From positions 51,150,001 through 51,214,000 of the forward strand of contig NC_083413.1 of the NCBI RefSeq assembly GCF_020745735.1: 64,000 nucleotides of DNA. The letters are read 5' to 3'. Shown in pieces: positions 26,551-41,654 of the stretch (its first letter is position 1; every line of letters starts with the position of its first letter). This DNA is from Hemiscyllium ocellatum (lineage: Eukaryota). The position numbers and the translations under genes are program-made. Below the pieces are notes generated by a model. The model did not search any database. It was given only the letters and a program-made list of their open reading frames with translations, and had not been told where the DNA came from.

Positions 26551-28747
26551 ACTCAATACTTGCTGATTTACAAATGCAGACTGCTGAGTACAATAAAATT
26601 TAACTGTTAAGCATCTTTCCATTATGGAAATAATGAGGCAAACATTAAATTTGTCACTTAGGTTGTTAATCGCCCTGTACTCATTATAAGAGTTGGTTTA
26701 GTGTTCTCATATTGCAAATGTTTTAAATTTAACCAAAATATTTGGGTTGTTTCACAAAATTATAGTGGGATACTACAATGCATTCATAGAGTAAAAGTTG
26801 ATTTCAGAATGTTATCTGGTTAATTATTCTACACATGAATAAAATTTAGCCTAGAATGAATGTGAGAAACTCCCTTTTTACTCAATAACACTATTTTTTG
26901 CCTGAATGACACTCTCAAGCTCTGAACAATGGCTTTGTATTTGGTGGATCTAATAATGCAAATTACAGTCCTGGGCAGAGATCGGGTAAACCGTTCCTCA
27001 TGGATCACTCAAACCTCCTCCTCTCTCTCTCTTTCTTTCTCTTTCTTTCTCCTCTTCCCCCCCATCCCCCAGTTTAAACTCATCAGTCTTTTGTAACTTT
27101 TACGCACTATGTCTTGTATTCTTTCACATTTATGCTTATTCCTTCTCATGTTTAGTGTCTCTCCCTCCCTCATTCTCTCTCTTTTATAGCTCCTTTTACA
27201 AGTACAGTATATTTTTATTTTAAAGTAATTGATTTCTGGCTAATACCTTTATTTTTAAAGCTTGATGTACAACTTTGCACATTCTCTATTTCATTTGTGT
27301 TGAAACAAAATGTTTGAAGTCCCATGAAAGTTTATAAGTTTTCACTCTCAGGATTGCCTTTGCTACAGTGGCGATCAAGTAGCACTATTCAACATTGTAG
27401 CTTAAACTCATAATATGAAATTAACAGGTAAGTGCATTTTTTTGATGGGGAAACCAGTATGACTGAAGAAAATAGTTGGCAATAACCACTCCCCTGAGTG
27501 CATAATGATGATGAACTCAATATTATATAATTATTCTATATGATCCCACAAATTTAAAAATCTGCCTACCATTTCTTTCACTTTGAGTTATAGTCATTCC
27601 AGACTTATTTTTGCATGCTCATATTTTCATTTTCCAATTAAAATTAGTTGCTTGATTCAGTCTTCCAATTTTTGTCAAAAGATTAAAATGTTTTATTTGA
27701 ACAGATTTTGGTAGTGTCCTGAAACAATATCGTACATTGTATTTAAAAGTAATTGTGGCTTTAATACCAGACTCTCTATCATTGCTGTTGTATTCATTGT
27801 CCTGATTCAGCAAGTAGCTGAACTTATTTATACGTTAGGACTTTGAGACCAAAGAACTGGGGCCTACAGATCAGATTTTAAAAACTGGATTAACTTGGGC
27901 GTATTTAATTGAATGCCATTTGTTTTTGTAGCGATAATATATCCACATGGTATGTAGAGAAACAAAGCCTTATTCAGTTCCCATGGCAAGAACAATCCAA
28001 GTACAGTTGAGTTTTTTTGCTTGCTTTTCTATGCTAATTGTCTTGGGAATAGCATAGAGATCAATCCAATCTACTGTGACCTCTGATTATACTGCAACTT
28101 TCAAAATGCTTTTTATTAACACAAGGCACATGTTGATAATTTATACAGTGCTCTTTCACTTCTGTATTTGACAAGTATGTAAAACATAATGAAGTCTTTT
28201 TTTTGAAAAGGTAAAGACATTTTGGCTCTTGAAGCAAACTCTTTTGGGAAAAACTGGATAGATATATTCAAGCCTAGCCTGTAATTGCTGTCCTTGAGCT
28301 GTTATTTTGCAAAAGTCATAAAGTAAACTCCCATGTGATGCAGCTGTTCTTCTATTAGTTGTCATTAACTCAAAATTCATTATAACCCAAGTTATGTCAA
28401 TTTAATGGAATGTTTGGACTTTGTGGCTAAATCTCATGTAAAGTTAAGTTCTCATGTAAATAATTCATCTGTTAATTCTGTATAAAGTATTTTATAAACA
28501 AAGACTGTATGTTAAACTGTTTAATTTTGGATTAATTTAACATAATTTAATATAACCAAATATTAAACTTTGTTGACTTTGCCTGTCCTTGTAAGATCTT
28601 ATGTAATTTTACAGATCATCCATAGGCTATTTTAAAAACAATAATCATTTTGTGCTCCAAAACTGTAGCTCAAGTGTAATTGGATTGGATGGAATATAGT
28701 ACATGTTCATAATCACTTGGTGCATTGATGATCTCTCTTTAATTTAG

Positions 28748-28891
<144 letters not shown>

Positions 28892-31869
28892 TAACAAAAG
28901 TTGTTAGTAACAAAAATACCCTTTACCAAACTTCACTGTCTTTAAATTGCTGTTTTTCACTTAGCACATGCCTACATCTTCTTGACAGTTCTCCTTTGAA
29001 TTTGTTAGAACATTAAATTTAGTTTCTTCATTGAACCAATACATCTAAGGCTGTTCATTTAATCTCAAATACTGTACAGCTGCATCATGAAGTGCAAACA
29101 AAGGAAGATATAAAGTAATAGTCTGTATTTTGTCAAGTTTCATCTGCTCATGCCGCTGAATATGATTACAGGAGCCAGTTTAGAATGGGGCTGGTTATAA
29201 GGCTCTTGCATTCTTTTAAGAGCCGATATCTGAGATAAACATGCTACCCTCAAATTTACTTTGCATGGAAGAAACACTTATTCAAAACAAATTATCCTTG
29301 AGTACAGTAGAGTTTACAAATGACTAATCCTTGCGTGACCATAGCAAGTGTTACGTGACTGACAAGTACCGAGTTTGGAATTGAATTCTCCAGTTATGAT
29401 TAAATATTTCAATTTTTTATTTGAACAATTCATCCACAAATTAAAATTCGACTTTAGGCTCAGGCTGACCATGGCCTTTTTCACCTCTGTGTGATGTTGG
29501 ATTGTAAAGATGAAACTTCTAAGCCCATAACAGAAAACTCACAAATTCTATGTATATATTGACAACTAGCTAACAATCTAACAACTACTTTACTCTCCTC
29601 CTACCCGACAAGCCTTTCTGATCTCTGCTTAGTTCCACTTTCTAGTTTCTGATGCATGTCCTACTATCCTTGTTCCAACTACTGAAAGCAATGTCTTGTC
29701 CATCTAAGCCTTAAACTGTGAAATTCCAGCACTAAGTTTCATTATCTCTCTTCCTTTAAGACATTTCTTAAACTTGCAACTTGATCAAACTTTGTTTCCT
29801 GTGCTGATGTCCTTTCCTAGTACGAACAGCTAATTGCCTAGTATCTTGGGAACTTTATTTGTTAAAGATTTATAGAAATATTTATTGCATTATTGTCTGG
29901 AAAAGAGTCTCGAGAAATTTATTTTGCATTCAACTTTAATAACTGAGAATGGAAAGTACTTGAATGGAAAGTGTCGTGTTACCTGCTCTGCTATCATAGC
30001 ACCTTGTTGAATTATTGTACTGAATATTTTAGTTAAATTATTTTAAACATGGTGGCATAGCAAAATGCCACAAAATGTTTTTTTTTCATTAGTTGTGCTG
30101 TAAGTTAAATATAATCAGTTAATCCACAATGTATTGAGTATTGGAAGTAAGGAGCAGATATATTCTGAACATGGCTAACAATTTAGTCAAAATCCATCTT
30201 GCAGCTCCATCAGATTTGTTATACGGTATCATGATGAGTATATTTCTGCACCTGGAAGTATAGCAGTGAATTGAACTTTACACCTTAAATGTTATTCATA
30301 TCAAATTGTAAAACTTCTTTAATATTAAAGTTTTAAAAAGTTTAAACGGTGTCAGATAGTAGAGCAGATTAACAGGGTACTTTCCATTTGGGTACTTTGC
30401 ATTCCCAGATCAATGCCACGTGCAAAGATAAAATGTTATGACTGCAGTGTGATCCTCATTGTACTGAGTCAGGTAATGAGTTTGCATTGGCAGTTCTTCT
30501 GTCTTCCTTGTAAGAACACCGAAGAGTTCAATTTGTTGATGTCTTGAGTTGTTGCAGAATTGTAGTATGATGCATATAATGCACTGATGATGCACTATAC
30601 TTCAATATTCATTTTAATACTGTGAAGTAGATAAAGATGTCTCTCTGTCTACTACCTTTGCTTAATTAGGTTTAGCACAGTAGACTAATTTATTAAACTG
30701 AGACCTGGTTTCCCAACCTATTGGGGTTGGAGACAATAGATGATACAAAACTTGAATAATACTGTAATGCACTAAAGTTGATGTGGCGTCGCATCCCACA
30801 CCCAACACGCACAATGCTGTTAAGAGCTCTTAAATCTGAAGAATTTATTATTTGAAGTATTTAAGAATTCTGATCTATATTAAATTAAAATGGACTTTCT
30901 ATTTGGCATTGATTTGGGTATCTTCATTGTTTGACAGTTTTTGTATTTAATTGGATACAGCAATAATTTGAATATTTCATCTTTCGAGTTTGAGCTTGAA
31001 TATGTTATTTCTTGTGCTTTTGAGAGAGGCGGAAACACCAGTTTGGAACTTTGGATGTAGCTTCAAATATACCATGCAAATGATTAAGACACTTTTATTA
31101 TTGAATGTTGCCTTTTCTGTTTTTTTTAAAAACTACATTCACCAGTGTTGGTAATTTCCAGATTCACTTGATTCTTGCAGATTTTGTAAGTTTGTTTATA
31201 ATTTCCTTTTTTAAATTTACCTGAAGCTAGCCTCTAGTATTCATTGTGTTTTTTAAATTCTTGCAGTAAAGTATAACTAATCCCAGTTCCTTCCTGCATA
31301 ATTCCCTTTTTGAATAATTTATTTTACTTGTTCTCACCCCCTCCAAAAGCTTTACAATCTGTTGCCAAATAAGGATTATTTTGGCATCAAAGCCTCAATT
31401 GGAATTCCCTTGAACAGGTCCTGTCTTTAACCCTTAAAATACAAGTACAAGTTCAGAAGTTGCTTTGATAGTCTGATGTTGGCTTTTATATTTTAAGCAG
31501 ATGTCACAATGTGACTTAATATTCATTGTCGCTGGCAATTAGTGCACAAACGTTTCTCATTGGGTATTCCCAGCTATCGACATGCTGAATGAAGGAAGTT
31601 TATTTTATATTATCATCAGTGATATTAAATTAGCTAACAAACCTGGCATGACACTAAACGAAACACAAGGGCAGCTTGAGGATGCTATGATTATACATAA
31701 GCATTATATAATTAAAGGCCTAATTTAAACTTTTGTACTGTGCTGAAGATGTCTCATTTCACTGAAGTGCCAGAGACATGTTCGGAAATATATAAATTAA
31801 AACTATTAATTCTATTAGGGTCATTTTTCTTGAAAGCTGATTTTCTTTCTCATTATTTTGTTTTCATAG

Positions 31870-31996
31870 AGTACATGATTGACAGACAGGAACCAGAATT
31901 CCGGGAGCTAAATGAAAAAGCACGAGCACTGAAACACATTCTCAGCAAAATTCCTGATGAGATCAATGATAGGGTCAGATTTCTTCAGACAATCAA
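31870..31996 (+). CDS. PDCD10: PDCD10 coding exon 4 ([43 protein letters not shown])
   Basis: 127 nt, phase-compatible with its neighbours; lies within ORF 31740..32000. Confidence 0.97.
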
Positions 31997-32919
31997 GTAG
32001 GTATTGTGAATGTGTAACAAACCTGCCAAATTTGAAATCAAGCTTCCCTGCATGTATTATATTTTCATTTCCCATTCTAATTTATCTCACCAATCAACAT
32101 ATTCTCTGCAAATTTCTCCTTCGTGTACCTCTTTAGCTTCACCTTAAAGACATCTGTGAAATTTGCCTCATTGACTACTACCAGCAGTACTAAATCCCAA
32201 ATCCAAACATTATAGCAAAGAAGTTCCTCTAATTCCTTGATTGGGTCGACTCATGACTGTTGCATTTGTGAATCCTAGTTTTAGATTTCCTCAAGAATGA
32301 AACTATCTTTTGTCTACTTTACCAACGCCTTTGTGATCTCTATCAGGCACTGCCCCCATTTGAAAGAGAAAAGCCTCAAACTGTTCAGTTATTTAAATGA
32401 CGGTTATGATCTCTCAGTTCTGGCGTGAAGCTTTTAGTCTGTTTTTGCCCCTTCTCTGGTACCTACCTTTTTATTTACAATTTAGGGACCAGAATTGTGC
32501 AGAGTATTCCATGTAATAAAGTTCTCTTTCAATGTTGTTGTGAATTTAATAACTTCTGCTTTCCAGTTGTATTTCTGTGGAAATGTACCACAATAGCTTT
32601 CCATTTATAGTGGCCTTATTGAGTTGGTACATTTTAATAATCTATTTCCCCTGATTCCAATCCTTTCAGACTCTTACTTTTTGCAGAGTATCTGGTTTTT
32701 CCTTCCAGCTCCTAACTAAATGTACCACCTCAAAACTTTTTAAAGGAAGTACCCTTGTCATTTTACAGGTCTGGTCCACAAATGTGTTGACGTCTTGTAT
32801 TTTGTTCAACTCTTTTTTTTTCTCTTCTATACCCCTCAAAGATGCTGTCATCCACAAATTTTGGAAAGGTACTTCCAAATATTGAATCCAACTCATTTCT
32901 GTGGAGGATGAAAAATCAT

Positions 32920-32956
32920 CTTCTGAAGAAAGGTCACCAGACCTGAAATGTTAACT
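32920..32956 (+). ncRNA. Minimal hammerhead ribozyme motif in a PDCD10 intron (sense orientation)
   Basis: CUGAAGA(32923)-A-AGGUC-ACCA-GACCU-GAAA(32945)-U-GUU; heads a short repeat fragment extending to ~33015. Confidence 0.6.
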
Positions 32957-33309
32957 CTGCTTTATCCCCATAGATGCTACCAGACCTGCTGAGTTTTTCC
33001 AGCAATTTGGGGTTTTCTCTTGAAAAACCATGACCCCAGCACTAAACCGTGTGGAACTTGGTTCCCGTTTTCCACCAGTCTAAGTTAATAACTTTAAATC
33101 ACTCCCCTGTACTATCCTTTACCCATCTCAGATATTAATTAAAAAGTAGTAGAGTCTAATTGAGGTGTACAAAATACTGTTGTATGTTTGGGTTTGGGTG
33201 AGCTAGAATAGTAGAAGAGAGCTTCATAAACTTTATTTTTTCACGGCTGCTTATGTTCCAGTCAAATTCTAAGAGTTCTGTGTGAGTGACATGCCTCCTT
33301 TTATACATG

Positions 33310-33790
33310 TCAGATGTCTGATGGAATATTCTGTATTTGCCTGGATAAGTGCAATTTCAGCAATACTCAAGCTTTACGCCATCCAGGACAAAGAAGCCCC
33401 CTTTCAACATCCACCACTTTCAGCACACTCCCTTCATTGACACAGATTGGCAATTTTGTGTACCAACTTAAGGTGCACTGTAATAACTCTCCCAAGCCTT
33501 CTAAACTGCAGCCTCTATCATCTTGAAGGATAAATATAACATATGCATGGGAACACTACTATGCACAAGTTCCCCTCCATGTCTGTCATCATACTGACTT
33601 GGAAGTATTATAACTGTTCTCTCATTGTTGGGACAAAACCTACAACTCCCTTCGTAACAACACTGGGTGTCCATTGTCCCTAAGAACCTACCCAAGTAGT
33701 TTAAGAAGGCAGCTCACCACTCACTTCAAGAGCACTTGAGAACTGGGCGGTGCATGCTGGTCTAGTCAGTGATGTCCACATCTCACGAAT
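33310..33790 (+). mobile_element. L2/CR1-like LINE 3' fragment
   Basis: Similar to 51545-51900 and 63820-64000; ends with an aaggcagctcaccac tail. Confidence 0.6.
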
Positions 33791-34439
33791 AATTTTCTTA
33801 AGATTCTCATTGCAACTCGACCTAAATTTATTTTTTAAATAGGTTGCTATAGATTATGACATGTAAACATACATTTATTTCTGTAGGCATGCTTCACACT
33901 AAGTGCTTGTAGAGATCAAGTAGTCAAATTTGTTTGCCCATTTAAGACCGATGAGGAATTTCTTATGAGGGTATTGATTCAGTGGAATTGTTTTACTGCA
34001 GAGGGTTGTAGAATGGGTCATTAAGTTTATTCAGAGACTGATAGTTTTTTTAAAATTAGTAAAGGAATCAATGGTTTGAGTAAAAAGGCAGGAAGGTGAA
34101 ATTGAGGATCATCAAATCCGCCATGATCTTGTGGAATGGTGGAGCAAATTGGGTGGGCTTGAATGGCTGCTTCTGCTCCTACATCTTATGGTCTTATTCA
34201 AAATCATGAGGAGCTGCTCATTTGATATTCTGTTTGAAAGTAGCCAATATCTAATTTCAAAGTAGTAAGTTGCACTTTGAAGCTTGACAGTATGTGGTTT
34301 ACCTAACTTAGCTTGGACTCGGGTCCACAGCACAGTAAAAAGCCCTCTTACTGCTCTGGTTAAAAACAACCACCTAATTGTTCTAATCCCATTTTCCAGC
34401 ATCTGGTCCACAAAGATTCGTATGCCTAAGTATCGCTAG

Positions 34440-35030
34440 TATATTTAAATACTGTTTAAATGTTGTGAGGGTTTCTGCCCTTTACCAACCTTGCAGGTAG
34501 TGAGTTCTCGAGTTCCCACCACCTCTGGGTGAAAAAGCTTTCCTTTCATCCCCTCTAACCCTCCTACCCTTTTACCTTCAAATCTCCAGCTCTTGGTCAT
34601 TGATCCCTCCACTAGGGGGAAAGGTTTATTCCTATCTACTCTGGCCATACCTCTCCCAATTTTATATATCTCAGTCATGTTCCCCCATCTGTATCTTCTG
34701 ATCCATTGAAGCAAAGCCCAGTCTACCCAATTCACATCACAACTAAAATTCTCCATCTCAGATAGTATTCTGATAAATTTCCTCTATATCCCATCCAGCG
34801 CAGTCACCTCTAATCTATTCCAGAACTGCACATAATAATCTAGTTGAAGTTTAACCAGCTTTTTATAGCCTAACCTCCCTGCTATTAAGCTCATTTCAGA
34901 AAATAAAGGCAAGTATCTCATATGTCACCTTAGCTCCTTTATCGACCCCACCTTGATCCTTAAGGGAATGTTGGACTTGAACAACAAGGTCCCTCAAACC
35001 CTCGGTGCATCCCAGGGTCCTCCCATTCTC
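34440..35030 (-). mobile_element. Degraded CR1 LINE 3' fragment
   Basis: ORF 34445..34756 remnants (EIYKI.RGM.RVD...FPLVEGS.T). Confidence 0.7.
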
Positions 35031-35153
35031 ACCTTCGTTGTCCTGCCCAAGTGAAACATGGCAATTCGGTCTTCCCAGTGATTTCTGTTTTTGTTTCTAA
35101 TTTACAGCATCCGCAGTTCTCTCCGTTTTTATGGCACTTGTTAAGTTTATTAA

Positions 35154-35270
<117 letters not shown>

Positions 35271-35794
35271 TGAAAAATGCCCAGAGACCCCACAATATAA
35301 ATGTTGTCAATTAAACCAGTTGATAAGGTTTATAGTGTGAGAACTGTTCAAGGACGACATACATTTCCAGTATATTATTCTGGTGAAATGTGCTTGAAGC
35401 TTCTTGGTTCAAGCTGTTCCTGAGACATCGAGCTATCAAGCTGGATTATCACTATTTCACTTGTCACTGTTTCTTTCAAGTCCTTGTTAATGCGAAATTT
35501 CTAACATCTCTGCTTGTGAAAATTATATTGAATCATCACAAAATGTTAATTGAATATGCAATACTTTTGATAAACTGCTGACTCATTATCATTTTTTAAT
35601 GATGTACCTCGGGTTGATCTGTAACATTGCGCATTTCATGGATGTGTAGCATCCGCACATAATATTTTGAAGAAATGCATCCATTAATTCATAGCCAGTA
35701 ACTGCTTATTTGGATGGCTAAACGGGCAAGACTTTTTTTTAAGCTTGTGTGTAAACCTTTAAAACTTGATTAAATTAAACTTTGTCACTTTTAG

Positions 35795-35877
35795 GCGCTT
35801 GATCACCAAAAGAAAGAATTTGTCAAATACTCCAAAAGCTTCAGTGACACTTTAAAAACCTACTTTAAAGATGGAAA
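35795..35877 (+). CDS. PDCD10: PDCD10 coding exon 6 (ALDHQKKEFVKYSKSFSDTLKTYFKDGK)
   Basis: 83 nt, cttttag| ... AA|GTAAGT. Confidence 0.97.
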
Positions 35878-36214
35878 GTAAGTATTACAGTAAGATGAGC
35901 ATTTGTATTGCTTTTGCATTTGTACTATCAGCTTAAATTTAGTTTGCTGTTGCTGCAATAGTTTTAAATATTTAAGTAAAAATTTAAATAATAGTACAAT
36001 TGAAAGGAAACATCAGGGAAGCATGGGAAGGATTTGGCTGCATTTAAAATAAGTGACATTTGTATTTCACAAGAAGGTTTGTTTCTGTTAATACAATCAA
36101 CATTAATCGATATTATGTAACTATAACTTGGAGATAATTCATCGCATTCCAGGTTGGGTCATTTTGCCAGTTCTACATTGTTCCAGTTAAGAGTGTCTTT
36201 TAATTTTAAAAATT

Positions 36215-37300
36215 CAGATATAGGAGCAGAACTAGGCCGTTCGGCCCATCAGGTCTGCTCCGTCATTTGATCATGGCAGATATGTTTCTCGATCCCATTA
36301 TCCTGCCTTCTCCCCATTACCTTTGATCCCTTTAGAAAACAAGAACCTGTATACCTCTGTCTTAAACACGCTTAATGTCCTGGCCTCCATGGCCCTCTGT
36401 GGCAATGAATTCCTTTGGCTGAAGAAATTCCACCCAATCTCAGTTCTAAACAGTTGTCTGTTCACTTTGAAACTGCTCAGTGTTCCAAGTGTGGGTCTGA
36501 CCAGAGCCTGATACAGCCTTAGCAACACACGCCTACTGTTGTATTATCACCCTCTTGAAATCGAATGCTTATATTTGCCTTCCTAACTGTCAACTGAACC
36601 TGTATGTTCACCTTTAGAGAATCCTTAATTAAGACTCCCAAGTCCCTTTTGTGCTTCAGATTTCTGAAGCGTTTCCCTATTTGGAAAAGAGTTTACACCT
36701 CTAGTCTTCCTACTGCTCCAAGTTTGCCTGCAGCCCAAATAAGATATCCTGAATCTGTACACCAGGCAGGCAATGTAGCCTTCAAGACACTCAATCCTGG
36801 ACACAGAGATCAGTGTCTATTCCCCAAACTATACTAACCTCGATTACAACTACAACTACATTTTTCTCCACACACTTGGCTTCCAATATCATGGTGCTTT
36901 GTCAGTTTAGTCATCCTCCCTATAGACTCCAATCTCATGCACACAGGCAGCAAGAATTGCAAATCTGTTAGACAAGTTGAAAGGCTGAGGCACCTTTCGC
37001 ATTACCTCTTGGATCCCTCTACCTGCTTTGCTGGTAGTCACACCCTCCTGTTCCTGACCACTTACTGAATTTGAGGCAGCTTTTCTAAGGAATGTGACTA
37101 TCTCCTGAAACCCAGCATTCATGTAATTCTCTCTGATGTCTGTGTTCGAAGCTCAAACTCCAGCTCATCAAATCTGAGTCAGAGATCTTCAAGCAACCAA
37201 CACTTGCCACACGTGGTCACTAGAAACACAAGATGATCCTCCAGTTCCCACATCATGCACGTACACCACATTGCCTATTCTGCATCTTTATTTTACTTAC
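36215..37300 (-). mobile_element. Internally deleted CR1 (3' tail + RT end joined to ORF1 remnant)
   Basis: LLRLYQALVRP in ORF 36298..36528; CR1 ORF1-like QPFNLSNRFAIL in ORF 36907..37122. Confidence 0.7.
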
Positions 37301-37731
37301 TTAGTTCTTAATCTGATTTCTAAAAATTTCCTATTAGTCTTTTAGTTTGTAACCTGTAAATATTTCCCTTAATTGCCTTCAATCTGAAAATAAGTTACAA
37401 TTGTCATATTAGTAACTGTCACCAAGCAATGAACCTGTAGCTTACCTGTGATGTCATTATTTTCTGCTGGGATCCTGATGCTGGGTTCCAGTTTTTCCTT
37501 TTTTCAAAAAAAACTGACAAACTATCAGCCAAAAAGGCATGTTTGAAAAGCACCTCTTCCTCTCTGCACTAAGCTCCCCCCAACGTTGCCTGTAAAGTCC
37601 CTGAACTATACACTCACTTAGGCTGGGTGTCACTCTGGATGTGATCTCTCCTTCCTAACTGTGTAAATTTTATTGATTAAAATAGTCTGTTCTTGCATTT
37701 CCCAATACCTTATTTTGAGCAATTTGAGTAG

Positions 37732-37908
<177 letters not shown>

Positions 37909-38740
37909 AACCTCCATTTGTGAAGCTTTTTAATTTTCAATCTTAAAAGGTTGACCTTTATATGTAAATTTAAATAGTTACAACTGTGTAAATTAACACA
38001 TCCATTTCAGAACTTGAAAATGTTGAATAAAATAATTGTCAACTTGCACCATATTTTTGTAAAACATTGTAGCTAATCATGATTTCTCATTTTAAAAAAA
38101 TTGCATAACTTTTGCTATTACTATTGTATCCAAAACAAAGCCAAAAGAATTTGCGCCTTAACATATCTTAATGTAACATTCCTTTGTGTAAATATTGGTG
38201 TTATGTTTCTGAAGTTAACTTGCTGGCAAAAAAATACAAGTTATGTATTTAACATAATTAGTCGCAAATAAATAGTTCACAATTTGATTATGTTGTCTTC
38301 TATTAAGATGCATTCTTATAATAATACAACTGAGGAGGCTTGACTGCAATTCATTCGTATGAAGCTAATATTTAATATGATCACATTTTCAGATTGGATT
38401 AAATCTTTCAACTTGAATCTAGATCTTTGTGTTATGCTGACCTGTTATCTATTTAGATCTAATGTAATGTCTCCTTGAGTACTTGCACAACGTGTAATTT
38501 CCAGTTGCGTTTATACAGAGACCAGTCACCATAGAATAAAACTTCTGTATGAAGAAATAGTTGCGCTTTAATCAAGGCAATAAAGTATCTCAATTTTTAT
38601 GGCTCTCCAACTTGAGCATTTTATGAAAACATGTTGTTTTTAAAAAGTCTTCCAAAGGTTTTTTGGCAGAAGTCATTATTGTGTAAATGTATTATGAGCC
38701 ACCACCCCATTAAAAATAAAGGAGACATAAAATACTTGAT
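37909..38740 (+). other. PDCD10: PDCD10 3'UTR with several candidate poly(A) signals
   Basis: AT-rich and repeat-free; AATAAA at 38026, 38267, 38535, 38579 and 38715. True end unknown. Confidence 0.65.
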
Positions 38741-38989
38741 TTTTTAAAAAATCCAGAATGTTCTAATGGTGAAGAACTCTTGCAATATAGGAAATTTTGT
38801 TTGTAAAACTTTGTGCACTCACAAAACAGAAGCTTGTTTCATGTAATAACTTCTTTGCCATTCAGATGCTGTATGAAGACTGTCTTTAAAGTTGCTACTG
38901 TGTTATAGTGATTTCAGGTAGAGGCCAGAAATTTGACTTATTTTCAAATATGCCAAGTTACGTGTAACCTTATCTACGAAGAAATTAGA

Positions 38990-41110
38990 TGCTGAAGATA
39001 GACCCTTCAGTTCGACCAGTCCATGCCGACCATAAGCCTAAACTAAACTGGTCCCACCTCCCTGTGCTTGGCCCATATCCCTCCAAATGTCTCTTATTTA
39101 TGTACTTATCCAAAATGTCTTTTAAACATTGTAACTGTGATCACATCCACAACTTCCTCTGGGAGTTCATTCCACACATGAACCACCGTGTTTAAAAAAA
39201 AACAAAAAAATTGTCCTTTGGTCTTTTTTAAATCTTTCTCCTCTCGCCTCAAAAATGCACCCTAGTTTTGAAGTTCTCCCCCCAGGGAAATAGAATAGCA
39301 ATTTATTGTCACGTGTATTTAAAAAAAAAACTGAAAAGTTTTCTGAGTCACCATATAAGTCACGATAACAAAACTAAAGTAAAAGTGCGCCACTGTTAAA
39401 TTGACGACTCCTGGGTTCAAGGTATGCTGGAAAATCAGGCCGAAACTGCCCTGCTGAGAACACCATGCTGGTCTCAGACCGCCTCACTATGCCGCGACTA
39501 GACCTCCATGCTGCATCATCGGAAGACATAGAAGCCGCCTCCATAGCAAAGATGAGACATTTGTGCCGAGAATAGATCGTCACGTCAATACCTGGAAGCC
39601 CCCAAATAAGACTTCCGTGATGAGACGAGCACGCAACTCCAAACGAATTTTGTCCCTCCTGGATGAGACTGTCCTTTTGGGTGTTAGGCCTATACCGCTG
39701 TTTTGGGCTGTTGGAAACCCACTCATTGCTGGGCTTGCGCCAGGAGAAGACATCTTCTGCCGAAGTTATTGAAAGATGGTAAGGCACCATAAAAAATGGA
39801 AACATTTTTGGAAACAAATGAAAAACATTTGCCATTCACCTTATCTATATTCCTAATGATTTTATAAACCTCTATTAGGCCACCGCTCAACCTCCTGTAC
39901 TCCAGTGGAAAAAGACCCAACCTATCCGGCCTCCATATAAATCAACAATATTATTGGCAATATCCTGGTAAATCTTTTTTACACCTTATCCAACTTCAAG
40001 TTATCCTTCCTGTAACAGGGCAATCAGTACTTTTGGAGTACTGTAACACAGTACTCCAAAAGAGGCTTCTTTGACAACCTGCACAACTTCAACATGATGC
40101 CCTGACTTCTATAGTCAATGATCTGGGTGATGATGCTAAATGCCTTCGTAAACATCCTGTCTACATGTGATGCAAACATCAAAGGTTTATGCACCTGAAC
40201 TTGTGGGTGTCTGTTCTACAACAGTACCCAAGGCCGCACCATTAATTGTATAAATCCTGCCCTTGTTTTACCAAAATGCAATACGTTGCATTTATCCAAA
40301 TTAAACTCTATCTGCCACTCCTCAGCCGATTGATCCAATTGATCAAAATCTCTTTGTAATTTTAGATAACCTTTACTGTCTACTACATCACCAATTTTGG
40401 TGTCATCTGCAAAGTTACTAACTGCGCCTTCAATATTCTCATCTAAATCATTTATTTAAGTGGCAAACAAAAGTGGAGTCAGTTCCTGTCCCTGTGTAGC
40501 ACTGCCTCCAATCCAAAAGACAACCCTCCACCATCACGCGGTCTCCTGCCATGAAGCCAATGATGTATCCAATTGGTAAGCTCACCCTGAATCCCATGTG
40601 ATCTAACATTAATCGATCTACCATGCAGAATCTTGTCCAAAGCTTTAGTAAAGTCCAAGTAAACAATGTTTAACACTCTTCCCCTCATTAATCTTCTTGG
40701 TTACTTCCTCAACAAAAAACTCAATCAGTTTGTGAGACACAACATCCCTTGCACAAAACTATGCTGACTATCCCTATTTGTTCCTTGCCCTTCCAAATGC
40801 ATATAAATCCTATTATGTAGAATTACCTGCAACAATTTACCAACCACTGAAGTTAGACTCAGGCTTACAGTTCCCAGGCTTCTCCTTACATCGTTTAAAC
40901 GTAGGCACAATATTAGCCATTCTCCAGTCATCTGGCCCCTCACCTGTAGTTATAGATAATAAAACATTTCTGCAAGAGGCTCTGCTATTTCCTTCCTAGC
41001 TTTCCACAGCATCCAGGGATGCACTAGATCAGGTCCCAGAGATTTATCCACCTTTATATTTTCTAAGACCTCCAGTAGTTCCTCTTCTGTAATGTGAACT
41101 GTTTTCAAAA
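38990..41110 (-). mobile_element. Degraded CR1 LINE with a ~530-bp insertion at ~39290-39820
   Basis: VYLDFTKALDK, LSLTSVVGKLL and LIEVYKII remnants. Confidence 0.85.
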
Positions 41111-41654
41111 CATCAATATTTTTATTATTTTAAATTTTATAAACCATCTTTAGCTTTCTCTGTTACATATATTAAAGCATGTGTTTTACTCTGAGGTGGA
41201 ATGTATGACAGCTCACTTCTTTAACTGTCTACTGTGCGGTTCTAGATGTTGCAGTTATTGGAAGGATGTGATTGCGGAGGCAATTTACTAGGATAGTGCC
41301 TGCCCTGGAGAGTCCGAGCTTTAAGGAAATATTGAATAAGCTGGTGGTGTTTTCCTTAGAGCAACATTGGTTGAGGGGGGGGGACCTTATAAAAATGTAT
41401 AAGATTGAAGAGCATAGGGCACATTGGTAGGAAATGTTTTCTTTAATAGAGGGGCTAATACAAGAGGGATAGATTTAAAGTAAATGGGAGAAGATTAAGA
41501 GGAGAGTTGAGGTGACTTTTTTTTAACCCAGAAGATATTGGGAATCTGGAGCTTACTGCTTGAAAGGGTAGTTGAGTCAAAAGTCATGTAATATTTATTC
41601 AGCATTTAGATATTCACTTGTTTCCTCCAAGATTATTGGCCAAGAGTTGGAATT

